DNA of 64,000 bases from Acidimicrobiia bacterium. GTDB taxonomy: Bacteria; Actinomycetota; Acidimicrobiia; Spongiisociales; ZC4RG35. This document shows, one piece after another, positions 19,991-29,519 of the stretch (position 1 is the stretch's first letter; each line of letters begins with the position of its first letter). Location: contig DASZOM010000026.1 of assembly GCA_035550735.1 (NCBI GenBank), positions 141,459-205,458 on the forward strand. Reading direction: 5' to 3'. A program made the position numbers and the translations under genes. The notes below the pieces were generated by a model. The model was not told the DNA's origin, did no database searches, and saw only the letters and a list, made by a program, of their open reading frames with translations.

Positions 19991-20578
19991 GTGGTCACCG
20001 ACCCCGCCACGAGGAACGTGATACTGGAAGCGGCCAAGGAGGCCTTGATCGAGAGTGGCTATGCGGCCCTCTCCACCCGGGGCATCGCCCAGCGGGCCAA
20101 CGTCCCGTTGAGCCAGATCCACTATCACTTCGGTTCCAAGCAGAACCTTGTCCTCGAGGTCCTCGCCGAGGACAACCAGCGACTTCTCGAACGTCAGACC
20201 CGGCTGTACGAGACCGAGCTCCCGTTGTGGAAGCAATGGGAGCAGGCCTGCGACTACCTCGACGACGACCTGGCCTCGGGTTACGTGCGACTCCTCCACG
20301 AGATGATGGCCGCCGGCTGGGGGGATCAAGCGATCGCACAGGCGGTTCGGGCAAACCTCGCCGGGTGGATGGGCCTGCTGGCCAACACCGCCAAGCGTGT
20401 CTCCGACCGGGTCGGTGGCTGGGGTGAGTTCACCCCCGAGGAGGTGGGCGTCCTCGCCGGTGCCCCCTTCATCGGTGTCGAGGCGATGATCCTCCTCGGT
20501 TTCGAGGAGACCGACTTGCCGATGCGCTCCGCCCTGCGCAAGGTGGGCGAGGTCCTCAAGGAGCTCGAAGGGGCCTGA
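19991..20578 (+). CDS. TetR family transcriptional regulator
   Basis: 195 aa. The N-terminal HTH ([47 protein letters not shown]) is present. Its stop overlaps the start of the next gene (TGATG). Confidence 0.85.
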   Translation: MVTDPATRNVILEAAKEALIESGYAALSTRGIAQRANVPLSQIHYHFGSKQNLVLEVLAEDNQRLLERQTRLYETELPLWKQWEQACDYLDDDLASGYVRLLHEMMAAGWGDQAIAQAVRANLAGWMGLLANTAKRVSDRVGGWGEFTPEEVGVLAGAPFIGVEAMILLGFEETDLPMRSALRKVGEVLKELEGA

Positions 20579-21438
20579 TGAGAGCGCGTCTCCCCGACCG
20601 GGCCGGACATGTCGAGCGGGATGGAGTCCGGATCGGCTATGAGGTCTTCGGCCAGGGGGATCCCAGCATCCTTCTCCTCCCCACCTGGACGATCATCCAC
20701 TCCCGTTTCTGGAAGATGCAGGTGCCCTACCTGTCCCGTCACTACAGGGTGGTCACCTACGACGGGCCCGGCAACGGCCGCTCCGACCGGGTCACCGACC
20801 CGGGGCGCTACGAGCCGGCCTCCTACGCACGGGACGCCGCGGCCGTGCTCGACTCCTGCGGTGTCGACTCGTTCGTCGCCATAGGGCTCTCCCGTGGCGC
20901 CGCCTATGCCCTCGCCCTGGCCCGGTTGGTGCCGGAGCGGGTGCTCGGCCTGGTGCTGATCGGCGCCGCACTCCCCATCGCGCCACCGCCACCGGCCCGT
21001 GCCGGGATCCCGGAAGAGTTCGACAAGCCCTATCCGGAGAGCCCACAGGGATGGGACAAGTACAACCTCGCCTACTGGCACGACCACTACGAGGACTTCG
21101 TCAGGTTCTTCTTCTCCGAGATGTTCTCCGAGCCGCACTCGACCAAGCAATTCGAGGATGCGGTGGGCTGGGCGCTCGAAACCGGGCCCGAGATCTTGGA
21201 GGCCGAGTCCAAGACGTCACGTCTGGTGCCCGAGGAGGTCTTCGACGGAGTCTCGGCGCCGACCCTGGTGATCCATGGCAGCGACGACCGCATCGTCTCA
21301 CACCAGGTCGCACTGGAGGCGGCTCGTCGCACCGGTGGGAGCCTGCTCACCATGGGCGGCTCGGGTCATGGGCCGATGGCCCGCGACCCGGTCAAGGTCA
21401 ATCTCGCCATCCGTGAGTTCGTGGAGAGTCTGCGTTGA
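20578..21438 (+). CDS. Alpha/beta hydrolase fold protein
   Basis: 286 aa. It is a paralog of the N-terminal domain of the next gene ([25 protein letters not shown] versus [25 protein letters not shown]). Confidence 0.8.
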   Translation: MRARLPDRAGHVERDGVRIGYEVFGQGDPSILLLPTWTIIHSRFWKMQVPYLSRHYRVVTYDGPGNGRSDRVTDPGRYEPASYARDAAAVLDSCGVDSFVAIGLSRGAAYALALARLVPERVLGLVLIGAALPIAPPPPARAGIPEEFDKPYPESPQGWDKYNLAYWHDHYEDFVRFFFSEMFSEPHSTKQFEDAVGWALETGPEILEAESKTSRLVPEEVFDGVSAPTLVIHGSDDRIVSHQVALEAARRTGGSLLTMGGSGHGPMARDPVKVNLAIREFVESLR

Positions 21439-23555
21439 GGGCGATAGAGGCGACCGAGACCGGGGTGCTCGACCGCGACGGTGTCGACATCGCCTTCGAG
21501 GTGTATGGCTCGGGGCAGCCCACGCTGATGCTGATCCCCCCTGCGCCGATCACCCACTCCCGGATCTGGAAGGGCCAGGTCCCCTACCTGTCCCGTCATT
21601 TCCGGGTGATCGCCCTCGATGCGAGGGGCAATGGCGCCTCGGGCCGGCCAACCGAGCCGAGTGCCCACACCACGGAGGAGAACGTCGCCGACATCGTCGC
21701 CGTACTCGACGCCACCGGGACCGACACGGCGATCCTGGTGGCGCACTGCCACGCCAACTGGTGGGCCGTGGAGACGGCACGTCGTCACCCCGATCGGGTG
21801 ACCGGCCTCGTGGCGATCGAGCCGGGCGTTCCCTACCTGGGCACCCCCCAGCCGCATTGGGTGGAGGCAGGCAAGCACTGGGACGAGGTGCTCGAAGACC
21901 CGAGCGGATGGGAGCTGTGCAACCGGCACGCCATCGTCACCCGTCATCGCGAATGGGTCGAATTCTTCTTCGGCCGGCAGTTGGTCGAGGCTCACTCCAC
22001 CAAGCAGTTCGAGGACGCGGTGTCGTGGGCGCTCGAGTCCACCGGGGAGACCCTCGCCGCCGGCGAGGAAGGTCCGGACATCGACGTCCCTACCCGGGAC
22101 GAAGTCGAGCAACGCTGTCGTGACCTGGAGGTGCCGGTCCTGGTGGTGCATGGAGACCAGGACGTCTGCCAGCACGTCGACAGGGGCCGTGCCTTCGCCG
22201 ATGCCACCGGTGGTGACCTCCTCGTCCTGGAGGGGGCGGGGCATCTCGCCCTGGCACGCGACCCGGTAAGGGTCAACCATGCCATCAAGGAGTTCGTCGA
22301 CAGGAACCAGGAGGTTTCGATGCGCGCCCGAGTCTGGACCCACGGTCTGAGCCGCCGCAGGAAGGCCCTCTACCTCTCTTCTCCGATCGGTCTCGGACAT
22401 GCCCGCCGCGACCTGGCCATCGCCCAGGAGCTGAAAGCGCTCGAGCCGGATCTGGAGATCGACTGGCTGGCGCAGCACCCGGTCACCTCGGTGCTCGAGG
22501 CGGCCGGGGAGACGATCCATCAGGCGAGCGAATGGCTCGCCTCGGAGTCGGGTCACGTCGCATCGGAGTCCTCGGGTCACGATCTCCATTGCTTCCAGGC
22601 GCTGCGCACGATGGATGAGATCCTGCTGGCCAACTTCATGATCTTCCAGGAAGTCGTCGAAGAGGGTCTCTATGACCTCGTGATCGGGGACGAGGCCTGG
22701 GACGTCGACCACTTCTGGCACGAGAACCCGGAGTTGAAGCGAGGCACCCACGTCTGGATGACCGACTTCGTCGGCTACCTGCCCATGCCGTCCGGGGGCG
22801 ACCATGAGGCCTATCTCACCGCCGACTACAACGCCGAGATGATCGAGCACATCGCTCGCTTCCCCCGTATCCGGGACCGGGCAATCTTCGTGGGAAGCCC
22901 CGACGACATCTTCCCCGCCGTCTTCGGCCCCGACCTCCCCAAGATCAGGGACTGGACGGAGGAGCACTTCGAGTTCTCCGGCTACATCACCGGCTTCACC
23001 CCGCCATCACCGGATCAGGTAGAAGAGCTCCGGAACGAGCTCGGGTACGGGTCGGACGAGAAGGTCTGTCTGGTCACCGTGGGCGGATCGGGGGTGGGCC
23101 GTGACCTGCTGGAGAAGGTCATCGAGTCGTACCCGCTTGCCAAGGAGCAACTGCCAGAGCTCCGCATGATCGCGATCGCCGGGCCGCGCATCGACCCCGA
23201 TTCCCTTCCCTCGCATCCCGGTCTCGAGGTGCATGGCTATGTCGACAGGCTCTACCGCCACCTCTCGGCTTGCGATCTTGCCGTCGTGCAGGGCGGGCTC
23301 ACCACCACGATGGAGCTCACCGCGGCGAACCGGCCCTTCCTCTACTTCCCGCTGCGCAACCACTTCGAGCAGAACTACCACGTGCGGCATCGACTCGACC
23401 AGTATGGGGCGGGCCGGCACATGGACTACTCGGCCACCGATCCCGATGCCCTGGCGGCTGCCATGGTCGAGGAGGCGGCGAAGCCGGCGAACTATCGCCC
23501 GGTGGAGACCGACGGGGCGGCGCGCGCCGCCCGCATGATCGCCGAGCTGATCTAG
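21435..23555 (+). CDS. Fusion protein: N-terminal alpha/beta hydrolase plus C-terminal GT-B glycosyltransferase (GT1/GT28, MJ1255-like with GLGHARR motif)
   Basis: 706 aa in a single uninterrupted frame with a TTG start overlapping the upstream stop. Residues 1-290 form the hydrolase. Residues about 295-706 carry the glycosyltransferase N-terminal SSPIGLGHARRD motif and the C-terminal GGSGVGRD...GGLTTTMELTAANRPFLYFPLRNHFEQ sugar-nucleotide-binding domain. Confidence 0.7.
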   Translation: MRAIEATETGVLDRDGVDIAFEVYGSGQPTLMLIPPAPITHSRIWKGQVPYLSRHFRVIALDARGNGASGRPTEPSAHTTEENVADIVAVLDATGTDTAILVAHCHANWWAVETARRHPDRVTGLVAIEPGVPYLGTPQPHWVEAGKHWDEVLEDPSGWELCNRHAIVTRHREWVEFFFGRQLVEAHSTKQFEDAVSWALESTGETLAAGEEGPDIDVPTRDEVEQRCRDLEVPVLVVHGDQDVCQHVDRGRAFADATGGDLLVLEGAGHLALARDPVRVNHAIKEFVDRNQEVSMRARVWTHGLSRRRKALYLSSPIGLGHARRDLAIAQELKALEPDLEIDWLAQHPVTSVLEAAGETIHQASEWLASESGHVASESSGHDLHCFQALRTMDEILLANFMIFQEVVEEGLYDLVIGDEAWDVDHFWHENPELKRGTHVWMTDFVGYLPMPSGGDHEAYLTADYNAEMIEHIARFPRIRDRAIFVGSPDDIFPAVFGPDLPKIRDWTEEHFEFSGYITGFTPPSPDQVEELRNELGYGSDEKVCLVTVGGSGVGRDLLEKVIESYPLAKEQLPELRMIAIAGPRIDPDSLPSHPGLEVHGYVDRLYRHLSACDLAVVQGGLTTTMELTAANRPFLYFPLRNHFEQNYHVRHRLDQYGAGRHMDYSATDPDALAAAMVEEAAKPANYRPVETDGAARAARMIAELI

Positions 23556-23819
23556 AGCGGGGAGAGCCGGTCCATGACGTACCCCCGGATCTATGTGCCA
23601 GCTATCGGTCGAACGATCGACCTGTTAGGGAAGACGCCGCATCGTGAGTCGATCTGGGCAGGCGCCGCATCCGATTTGGGCAGTGCCCACCGTTGGTGGC
23701 GAACGGGGCTCTCCATACCTTCGCATCAGCGGCCATGGCTCAGAGGAACGGGGGTGCCCATGGGTTGAAGACGACACGCCACGACAGCAACGAGAGAGAC
23801 CAGCGAAAGGAAACAACAA

Positions 23820-24377
23820 ATGAACACGACCATGACCAACGGGGTGGACACCACCGCCCTGTTCGGCGCCCTCGATGCCGTGAAGGCACAGCCGGCCGCC
23901 GCCAAGTTCCAGTTCCGCGCCCGCAACCAGTGGCTGAGCGGCACCCACAGCCGGAGCACGATCCATGACTTCTTCGGTCTTGGAGAAGAGCAGACGCACG
24001 TGGATTCGCACAGCTACGAGGCTGATCACCCGAAGCAGCTGGTGTCCACCGACAAGGCGCCTACTCCGGTGGAGTTCCTGCTCCACGCCCTCGCCGCATG
24101 CATCACCGCCGGGATCGGCAACGTCGCCGCGGCCCGCGGCATCGAGCTGACCAGGGTGCAGTCCGAGGTACGCGGTGACATCGATCTGGTGGGCCTGCTC
24201 GGCATCGACACCACGGTGCGCAACGGCTACCAGGGCATCGAGATCCGCATCGAGATCGAAGGCGATGCCGGCGCCGAGGATCTGCGCAAGGTCGTCGAGC
24301 GCTCGGTCGCCCGCTCCGCGGTGTACGACGTCCTCAGCAACGGCACCAAGGTGTCGGTCGAGGTCCAGACCCGATGA
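23820..24377 (+). CDS. OsmC/Ohr family peroxiredoxin-like protein
   Basis: 185 aa. The OsmC fold is present with the conserved Cys region LLHALAACITAG. Confidence 0.8.
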   Translation: MNTTMTNGVDTTALFGALDAVKAQPAAAKFQFRARNQWLSGTHSRSTIHDFFGLGEEQTHVDSHSYEADHPKQLVSTDKAPTPVEFLLHALAACITAGIGNVAAARGIELTRVQSEVRGDIDLVGLLGIDTTVRNGYQGIEIRIEIEGDAGAEDLRKVVERSVARSAVYDVLSNGTKVSVEVQTR

Positions 24378-24435
24378 TCCGGGTCGGTGTGGGCTCGGTG
24401 ACCTCCCCGGGCCCACACCGTCGCGGGAGCGACCG

Positions 24436-25614
24436 ATGACATACGACTACGATGTGATAGTGGTGGGTGCCCGGGTGGCGGGTGCCTCGACGGCGATGCT
24501 GCTCGCCCGGTGCGGGCACCGGGTGCTGCTCGTGGATCGAGCCACGATGCCCTCCGACACACTGTCCACCCATGCCCTGCTCCGCACCGGAGTCCTGCAA
24601 CTGACCAGATGGGGCCTGATCGATCGGGTGATCGCGGCCGGTACGCCACCGGTTCGGGACATAACTCTCGGTTTCGGCGAGGAGCGGATCCCGTTCGAGG
24701 TGAGACCCGATTACGGCATCGACACCTTCTACGCCCCGCGACGTCACATCCTCGACGCCATGATCGTCGAAGCAGCCGTGGCCGACGGTGTCGAGTTCCG
24801 GGGCGGTTTGAGGATGGTCGGCCTCCTCCGCGATGACGACGGGCGGGTGTCCGGTGCGGAGATCGCGGACGGGGCCACCCAGGAGAGGGTCAGCGCACGG
24901 ATGGTGATAGGTGCCGACGGTCATCAATCCCGGGTCGCCTCACTGGTGGACGCCGTCGATCTCGACTCGCATCCCGCCACCAACTCCGTCCATTACGCCT
25001 ACTTCAACGGTGTAGAGGCGTCCGGCTTCTGGTTCTTCTTCGCCCCCGGTGTGAACGCCGGGCTGATTCCCACCAATGACGGGCAGACCCTGGTGTTCGC
25101 CGCCCGTCCCCGTGCCCTCTTCGGGCGGTTCCAGTCGGATCCCGATGGCGAGCTGATGCGTCTCCTCCGGTTGGCCGGGAACGACCTCGCCGAAGTGGTG
25201 GGGCGGGGGGAGAGGGCCAGCGGCTTTCGGGGCACCCGCGGCCTGACCGGCCACATCCGCCATGCGTGGGGGCCCGGGTGGGCACTGGTCGGCGACGCCG
25301 GGTACACCAAGGACCCGATCTCGGCGCATGGCATCAGCGACGCCTTGCGGGATGCGGAGCTGTGCGCCCGGGCGGTCGATGCCGCTCTGGTCGACCCCGG
25401 CGAGGAGCAGGTGGCGATGAGGCGATACCAGAGCCGGCGAGACTCGCTGTCGATGACGATGTATGAGGAGTCTCGTGCCCTCGCCTCATATCATTGGGAT
25501 CCCTCCGAGGCCTCGATTCGGATGCGACGTATCAGCGAATCGGTCAGGGAGGAGTGTGAGGCGATCGTTGCCTTGCCCGAGTGGCCGGCGGTCCGGCTGT
25601 CGGTGGGGGTGTGA
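24436..25614 (+). CDS. FAD-dependent oxidoreductase / monooxygenase (geranylgeranyl reductase-like family)
   Basis: Internal ATG start (MTYDYDVIVVGARVAGAST...), which is the dinucleotide-binding GxGxxG. The upstream part of the listed ORF overlaps OsmC and is not coding. Confidence 0.75.
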   Translation: MTYDYDVIVVGARVAGASTAMLLARCGHRVLLVDRATMPSDTLSTHALLRTGVLQLTRWGLIDRVIAAGTPPVRDITLGFGEERIPFEVRPDYGIDTFYAPRRHILDAMIVEAAVADGVEFRGGLRMVGLLRDDDGRVSGAEIADGATQERVSARMVIGADGHQSRVASLVDAVDLDSHPATNSVHYAYFNGVEASGFWFFFAPGVNAGLIPTNDGQTLVFAARPRALFGRFQSDPDGELMRLLRLAGNDLAEVVGRGERASGFRGTRGLTGHIRHAWGPGWALVGDAGYTKDPISAHGISDALRDAELCARAVDAALVDPGEEQVAMRRYQSRRDSLSMTMYEESRALASYHWDPSEASIRMRRISESVREECEAIVALPEWPAVRLSVGV

Positions 25615-25623
25615 GCAGCCTCG

Positions 25624-26289
25624 TCAGCGAGACGGATCGGCGGCGAGACGGGCCGCGGTCTCGAAGATCCGGGGGTCCGGGTAGTCCTCGCAGTAGTTGT
25701 AGTAGTAGGCGACTCTGACCGTGCCGGTGGTGTCGACGACGAACTCGGCGGACTGCATCCAGGGGTCGTCGACGAGGCTCCTCCCCATCTCCCGGCGCTC
25801 ACTCTGGAACGTCTCGCCGATTTGAGGGCTGAGCGAGCAGTACTCGTCGGGGGCGTCGTAGAGGACCTGCTCCCGCGACCAATGAGACAGCCCGTAAGCC
25901 CGGTGGGTCCGGTAGTCGGGGTCGGCGAGGACCGGGGGCTGCAGACCGTACCTCTCCTTGTAGGCCACGACCCTCTCCTTCTCGCCGGGGGCGACGACGA
26001 CAACCTCGAGCCCCGCGTCGAGATACTGCTGGTACTCGTCCCGGAGCCGCTCGATGCGCTGCAGCCCGCACCCGCAACCGAGGTGGCGCCACAGCATCAC
26101 CAGGGCGGGGCGTCGTGACCAGCTCTCGCTGAGACTGACCCTGGCGCCCTCCTCGTCGGTGAGCTCCATGTCGGGTGCCTGGCCGCCACGGCGGATCGGC
26201 TCACCCTGATGGGTTGGGCCCGCCACCCAATTGTCCATCCAGCGTCGCTCCGCCGAGAGGACCAGGGCGGTGAGGTCACGATCGGTCAA
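25624..26289 (-). CDS. Thioredoxin-fold redoxin (AhpC/TSA-like) with an unusual CGCG motif
   Basis: 221 aa. The redoxin-like region LVMLWRHLGCGCG is present. Assignment is by fold-level resemblance only. Confidence 0.5.
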   Translation of the reverse strand: MTDRDLTALVLSAERRWMDNWVAGPTHQGEPIRRGGQAPDMELTDEEGARVSLSESWSRRPALVMLWRHLGCGCGLQRIERLRDEYQQYLDAGLEVVVVAPGEKERVVAYKERYGLQPPVLADPDYRTHRAYGLSHWSREQVLYDAPDEYCSLSPQIGETFQSERREMGRSLVDDPWMQSAEFVVDTTGTVRVAYYYNYCEDYPDPRIFETAARLAADPSR

Positions 26290-26325
26290 CTGGCCTCCTT
26301 CGAGGGCCCAACCTAGCCCGCCGCC

Positions 26326-27099
26326 TCACTCGTCCACCCGTTGCTTGTGCACTCTCCCCTCCACACCTCTCAGGGAGAATCCGGTGCCCGCTCCGTAGCG
26401 GACCATGGTCATCTCGGCGAGGATCGACACCGCCACCTCCTGGGGCGTCTCCGCCCCGATGTCGAGCCCGATCGGGGAGTGGATGCGCCCGATGTCCTCG
26501 TCGTCGAACCCGAGCTCGCGGAGCCGGTCCACACGGAGGCCGTGTGTCCTTCGGCTCCCCATCGCCCCGATGTAGCGGGTGTCCGCCTTGAGGGCAGCCT
26601 CCAGGGGCGGCGTCTCGTGACGGGGATCATGGGAGAGGACGACGACCCAGGTCCGGCGATCGAAGGTGAGCTGGTCCATCAGATCGCGTGGCCAGCCCAC
26701 GAGCAGCCGATGAGCCGCGGGGAACCGATCCTCGGTAACGAAAGGGGTGCGCGAGTCGATCACCGTCACCCGGTATCCCATCTGCCCGGCGAACGAGGCC
26801 AGGGCCTGGCCGATGTGGACGGCGCCGAAGATGAGCAGGTCGGGGGGTGGCGCCAGTGTCTCGATGAAGACGGAGTGCACCCCGTAGTCGAGAGCGCGGT
26901 GTTGCTCGTGGGCGATCAGGGTGACCGCGTCACTGGTCACGTCCGATGCGATCTCGTCGGGAAGCCCACCGGCGAGGACGACACCGCCGGCGTCGAGCAC
27001 CGCCTTCTCTCCCGTCGCAGGTCCATCGACGACGGTGATCACCGCCCCGAACGACTCGGCGTCGAGGAGCCCCTGTATCACCTCGTTGACGTCGGTCAC
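26326..27099 (-). CDS. XdhC/CoxI-family molybdoenzyme maturation protein, C-terminal Rossmann half
   Basis: 257 aa matching the XdhC Rossmann domain ([28 protein letters not shown]). A 4-nt ATGA overlap with the upstream N-terminal-half ORF suggests a split gene or a frameshift. Confidence 0.75.
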   Translation of the reverse strand: MTDVNEVIQGLLDAESFGAVITVVDGPATGEKAVLDAGGVVLAGGLPDEIASDVTSDAVTLIAHEQHRALDYGVHSVFIETLAPPPDLLIFGAVHIGQALASFAGQMGYRVTVIDSRTPFVTEDRFPAAHRLLVGWPRDLMDQLTFDRRTWVVVLSHDPRHETPPLEAALKADTRYIGAMGSRRTHGLRVDRLRELGFDDEDIGRIHSPIGLDIGAETPQEVAVSILAEMTMVRYGAGTGFSLRGVEGRVHKQRVDE

Positions 27100-27404
27100 C
27101 AGGGCTCGATGAACACGTCGATGGTCCCCCCGCAGGACATCCCGACCTCGAAGGCATCCTCGTCGGCGATGCCGTAGGTCACCTTCTTCGGCTTGCCGGT
27201 CTCGATCACCTCCTGGGCGTGGAGGAACACGTCGTTCTCGACGCAGCCGCCACTGACCGAGCCCTCCATGTCTCCTTCAGAGGACACCAGGAACTTCGAC
27301 CCCTCGGGTCGGGGAGCGCTCCCGTATACGCGGATGACGGTGGCGACCGCCACCTTCTTGCCCTCGTCGACCCACTTGTTGCGCAGGGCGAGTTGGTTTC
27401 TCAC
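27096..27404 (-). CDS. XdhC/CoxI-family protein, N-terminal domain
   Basis: 102 aa matching the XdhC_CoxI N-terminal domain ([37 protein letters not shown]). Confidence 0.7.
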   Translation of the reverse strand: MRNQLALRNKWVDEGKKVAVATVIRVYGSAPRPEGSKFLVSSEGDMEGSVSGGCVENDVFLHAQEVIETGKPKKVTYGIADEDAFEVGMSCGGTIDVFIEPW

Positions 27405-27431
27405 GACATGGTTCTATCACACACCGCGTGC

Positions 27432-28547
27432 TCAGCGGGCAAGGGAGTCGAGCAGGCGGACCACGCCGCGGAGGTCGTGGACGCTGGCGGCGGGCAGGAG
27501 GTGGTCCACGTACGGGGTCACGGCCTGCATGCCACGGGTGACGGGCCTGTAGTCGGGCCTGGCGGCCAGGGGGTTCAGCCAGATCACCTTGTGCACCGAG
27601 CGGGACAGCCTTGCCATCTCGGTGCGGAGCAGACCCGGATCGCCGCAGTCCCAGCCGTCGGACAGGACCAGGGCGATCGGCCCGCTCCGGGAGAGGCGTC
27701 TGCTCCAGCGCCGGTTCCAAACTGCGAGCGCATCGCCGATCATGGTGCCCCCGGACCAGTCGCGAACGGTCGTCGAGACCCTGGCCAGGGCGGTCCTGGT
27801 GTCGCGGCGACGGAGGTCCTCGGTGATGCGGGTGAGCTCGGTGGAGAAGGTGAACACCTCGACCGAGTCGAGACGTCGTTGCGCGGCATGGGCGAAGACG
27901 AGGAAGAGATCCGCGTACTTCTCCATCGACCCGGAGACATCGGCGATTATGACCAGCGGCCGTTGACGCCGCCGTCGCTCCCGTCGCACGATCGGCATGA
28001 GGTCGCCTTCGGGCCGGGTCGAGCCACGCAAGGTGCGTCTCAGGTCGGGCGCCCCGCCCGACGGTGAGCGCATCCAGCGTCTCGTCCTAACGTCGGTGGG
28101 CTGCCATGCCATCGTCATGACCAGTAGGCGGGCCTCGGCGAGTTGATCCTCGTCCAGGTCGGCGAAGTCCCTGGTGGCGATTCTCTCCGCTGCCGAAGCC
28201 CCGCTCTGGGATGAGGCGTCGGCGCCGGGCATCTCTTCGTGTCGTCCGATGATCGGCGCCACCGCCGTTATCGGACCGGGATGGGAGCCGGCCTCGGCGG
28301 GGTGATACGACACGAGACGGGCACCGAAGAACCGCTCGAACTCCTCGTCGAACGGGGTGCGCTGGTCGGGCCCGGTGATCGTCAACGACCTAAGTGCGGA
28401 GTAGAGCTGGCCCCGGCTCGAAGGGTCCACCAGGGTGAAGGCGCGGGCCATGTCCGAGACCTGCTCGGGTGTGACGGTGAGGCCTCGTCCGCGCAACGCC
28501 GCGGCGAAGGTGGCCAGGTCCCGGACCGGGCCGGCGGTGGTTGTCAT
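27432..28547 (-). CDS. VWA-domain protein, CoxE-like
   Basis: 371 aa. The C-terminal VWA domain with a MIDAS motif (DVSGSM) is present. It is paired with a MoxR ATPase as in coxDE. Confidence 0.8.
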   Translation of the reverse strand: MTTTAGPVRDLATFAAALRGRGLTVTPEQVSDMARAFTLVDPSSRGQLYSALRSLTITGPDQRTPFDEEFERFFGARLVSYHPAEAGSHPGPITAVAPIIGRHEEMPGADASSQSGASAAERIATRDFADLDEDQLAEARLLVMTMAWQPTDVRTRRWMRSPSGGAPDLRRTLRGSTRPEGDLMPIVRRERRRRQRPLVIIADVSGSMEKYADLFLVFAHAAQRRLDSVEVFTFSTELTRITEDLRRRDTRTALARVSTTVRDWSGGTMIGDALAVWNRRWSRRLSRSGPIALVLSDGWDCGDPGLLRTEMARLSRSVHKVIWLNPLAARPDYRPVTRGMQAVTPYVDHLLPAASVHDLRGVVRLLDSLAR

Positions 28548-29422
28548 CCCACCAGGGCCTCCACCCCGGCCTGCCGAACGGCGTCAATGTCGTCTTTGTA
28601 CTTGAGGACGACACCGAGGGTCCGCTCGGCCATCTCGGGGGTCAGACGCCCGTCATGTAGTAGCCGGAGCGACGCGGCCCAGTCCAGGGTCTCGGCGACT
28701 CCCGGTGGCTTGAACAGCTCCATGTCGCGCAGCTTCGCCATCGCCGCGGCCAGGCTCTTCGCCAGAGACTCTTCCACGTCGGGCACCTTGCGCATCACGA
28801 TCGCCGCCTCCAGGTCGGGGCTGGGGTAGTCGATCCAGTGGTAGATGCATCGACGCTTGAGGGCGTCGTGGATCTCCCGGGTGCGATTCGAGGTGAGCAC
28901 GACGATCGGCGGTTCGTCGGCGGCGATGGTCCCGATCTCGGGGATGGTCACCTGGAAATCGGAGAGCAACTCGAGGAGGAATGCCTCGAATTCCTCGTCG
29001 GCCCGGTCGAGCTCGTCGATGAGCAACACCGGTCGGCGGCCGTCACGCGCCGCCTCGATCGCCTGCAGCAAAGGGCGGGCGATCAGGAAGTCGCGGCTCA
29101 TGATGTCCCGTGACGTCGCCCTGGCTCCCTCGCCCCTCGCCTCGAGGAGGCGTATCTCCATCATCTGCAAGGCGTAGTCCCACTCATATAGGGCGTGGCC
29201 GACGTCCAGACCCTCATAGCACTGCAATCTGATCAGGTCCTCGCCGGCGATGGCGGAGAGGACCTTGGCGACCTCGGTCTTCCCGACGCCGGCCTCGCCC
29301 TCGAGGAAGAGCGGCCGTCCCAACTGCAGGGCGAGATGGATGGCGACGGCAAGGTCCTCCCCGGCGAAGTAGTCCTGGGATTCGAGTGCCTCAGCCAGCT
29401 CTTCGATCGTGCTCGGGATCAC
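28544..29422 (-). CDS. MoxR-family AAA+ ATPase, CoxD-like
   Basis: 292 aa. Walker A LEGEAGVGKT and Walker B LLIDELDRA are present. It overlaps the VWA partner gene by 4 nt. Confidence 0.85.
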   Translation of the reverse strand: MIPSTIEELAEALESQDYFAGEDLAVAIHLALQLGRPLFLEGEAGVGKTEVAKVLSAIAGEDLIRLQCYEGLDVGHALYEWDYALQMMEIRLLEARGEGARATSRDIMSRDFLIARPLLQAIEAARDGRRPVLLIDELDRADEEFEAFLLELLSDFQVTIPEIGTIAADEPPIVVLTSNRTREIHDALKRRCIYHWIDYPSPDLEAAIVMRKVPDVEESLAKSLAAAMAKLRDMELFKPPGVAETLDWAASLRLLHDGRLTPEMAERTLGVVLKYKDDIDAVRQAGVEALVG

Positions 29423-29450
29423 AAGGACAGGTTAAGCGGGGCTCTGCCAT

Positions 29451-29497
29451 GAGCGGTTGTGCAGCCACTTACCGCTCGTGTCGCTCTCTGCACAACC
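29451..29497 (-). promoter_or_regulatory. Nested inverted repeats in the VOC-coxD spacer (possible terminator or alternative-structure RNA element)
   Basis: A perfect 10-bp inverted repeat GGTTGTGCAG / CTGCACAACC at 29455-64 and 29488-97 is separated by 23 nt. An overlapping 7-bp repeat GAGCGGT/ACCGCTC at 29451-57 and 29471-77 would form a mutually exclusive hairpin. Confidence 0.35.
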
Positions 29498-29519
29498 ATC
29501 GCGAGCTCGTCCCCGGTGA

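Noticed and set aside
21366-22967. 533-aa minus-strand ORF
   Set aside because: It is antisense to the hydrolase-glycosyltransferase fusion, whose coding frame has clear domain motifs. It is a shadow ORF.
23574-23768. 64-aa ORF in the GT-OsmC spacer
   Set aside because: It has no RBS, odd composition, and lies within a region better explained as a promoter or UTR.
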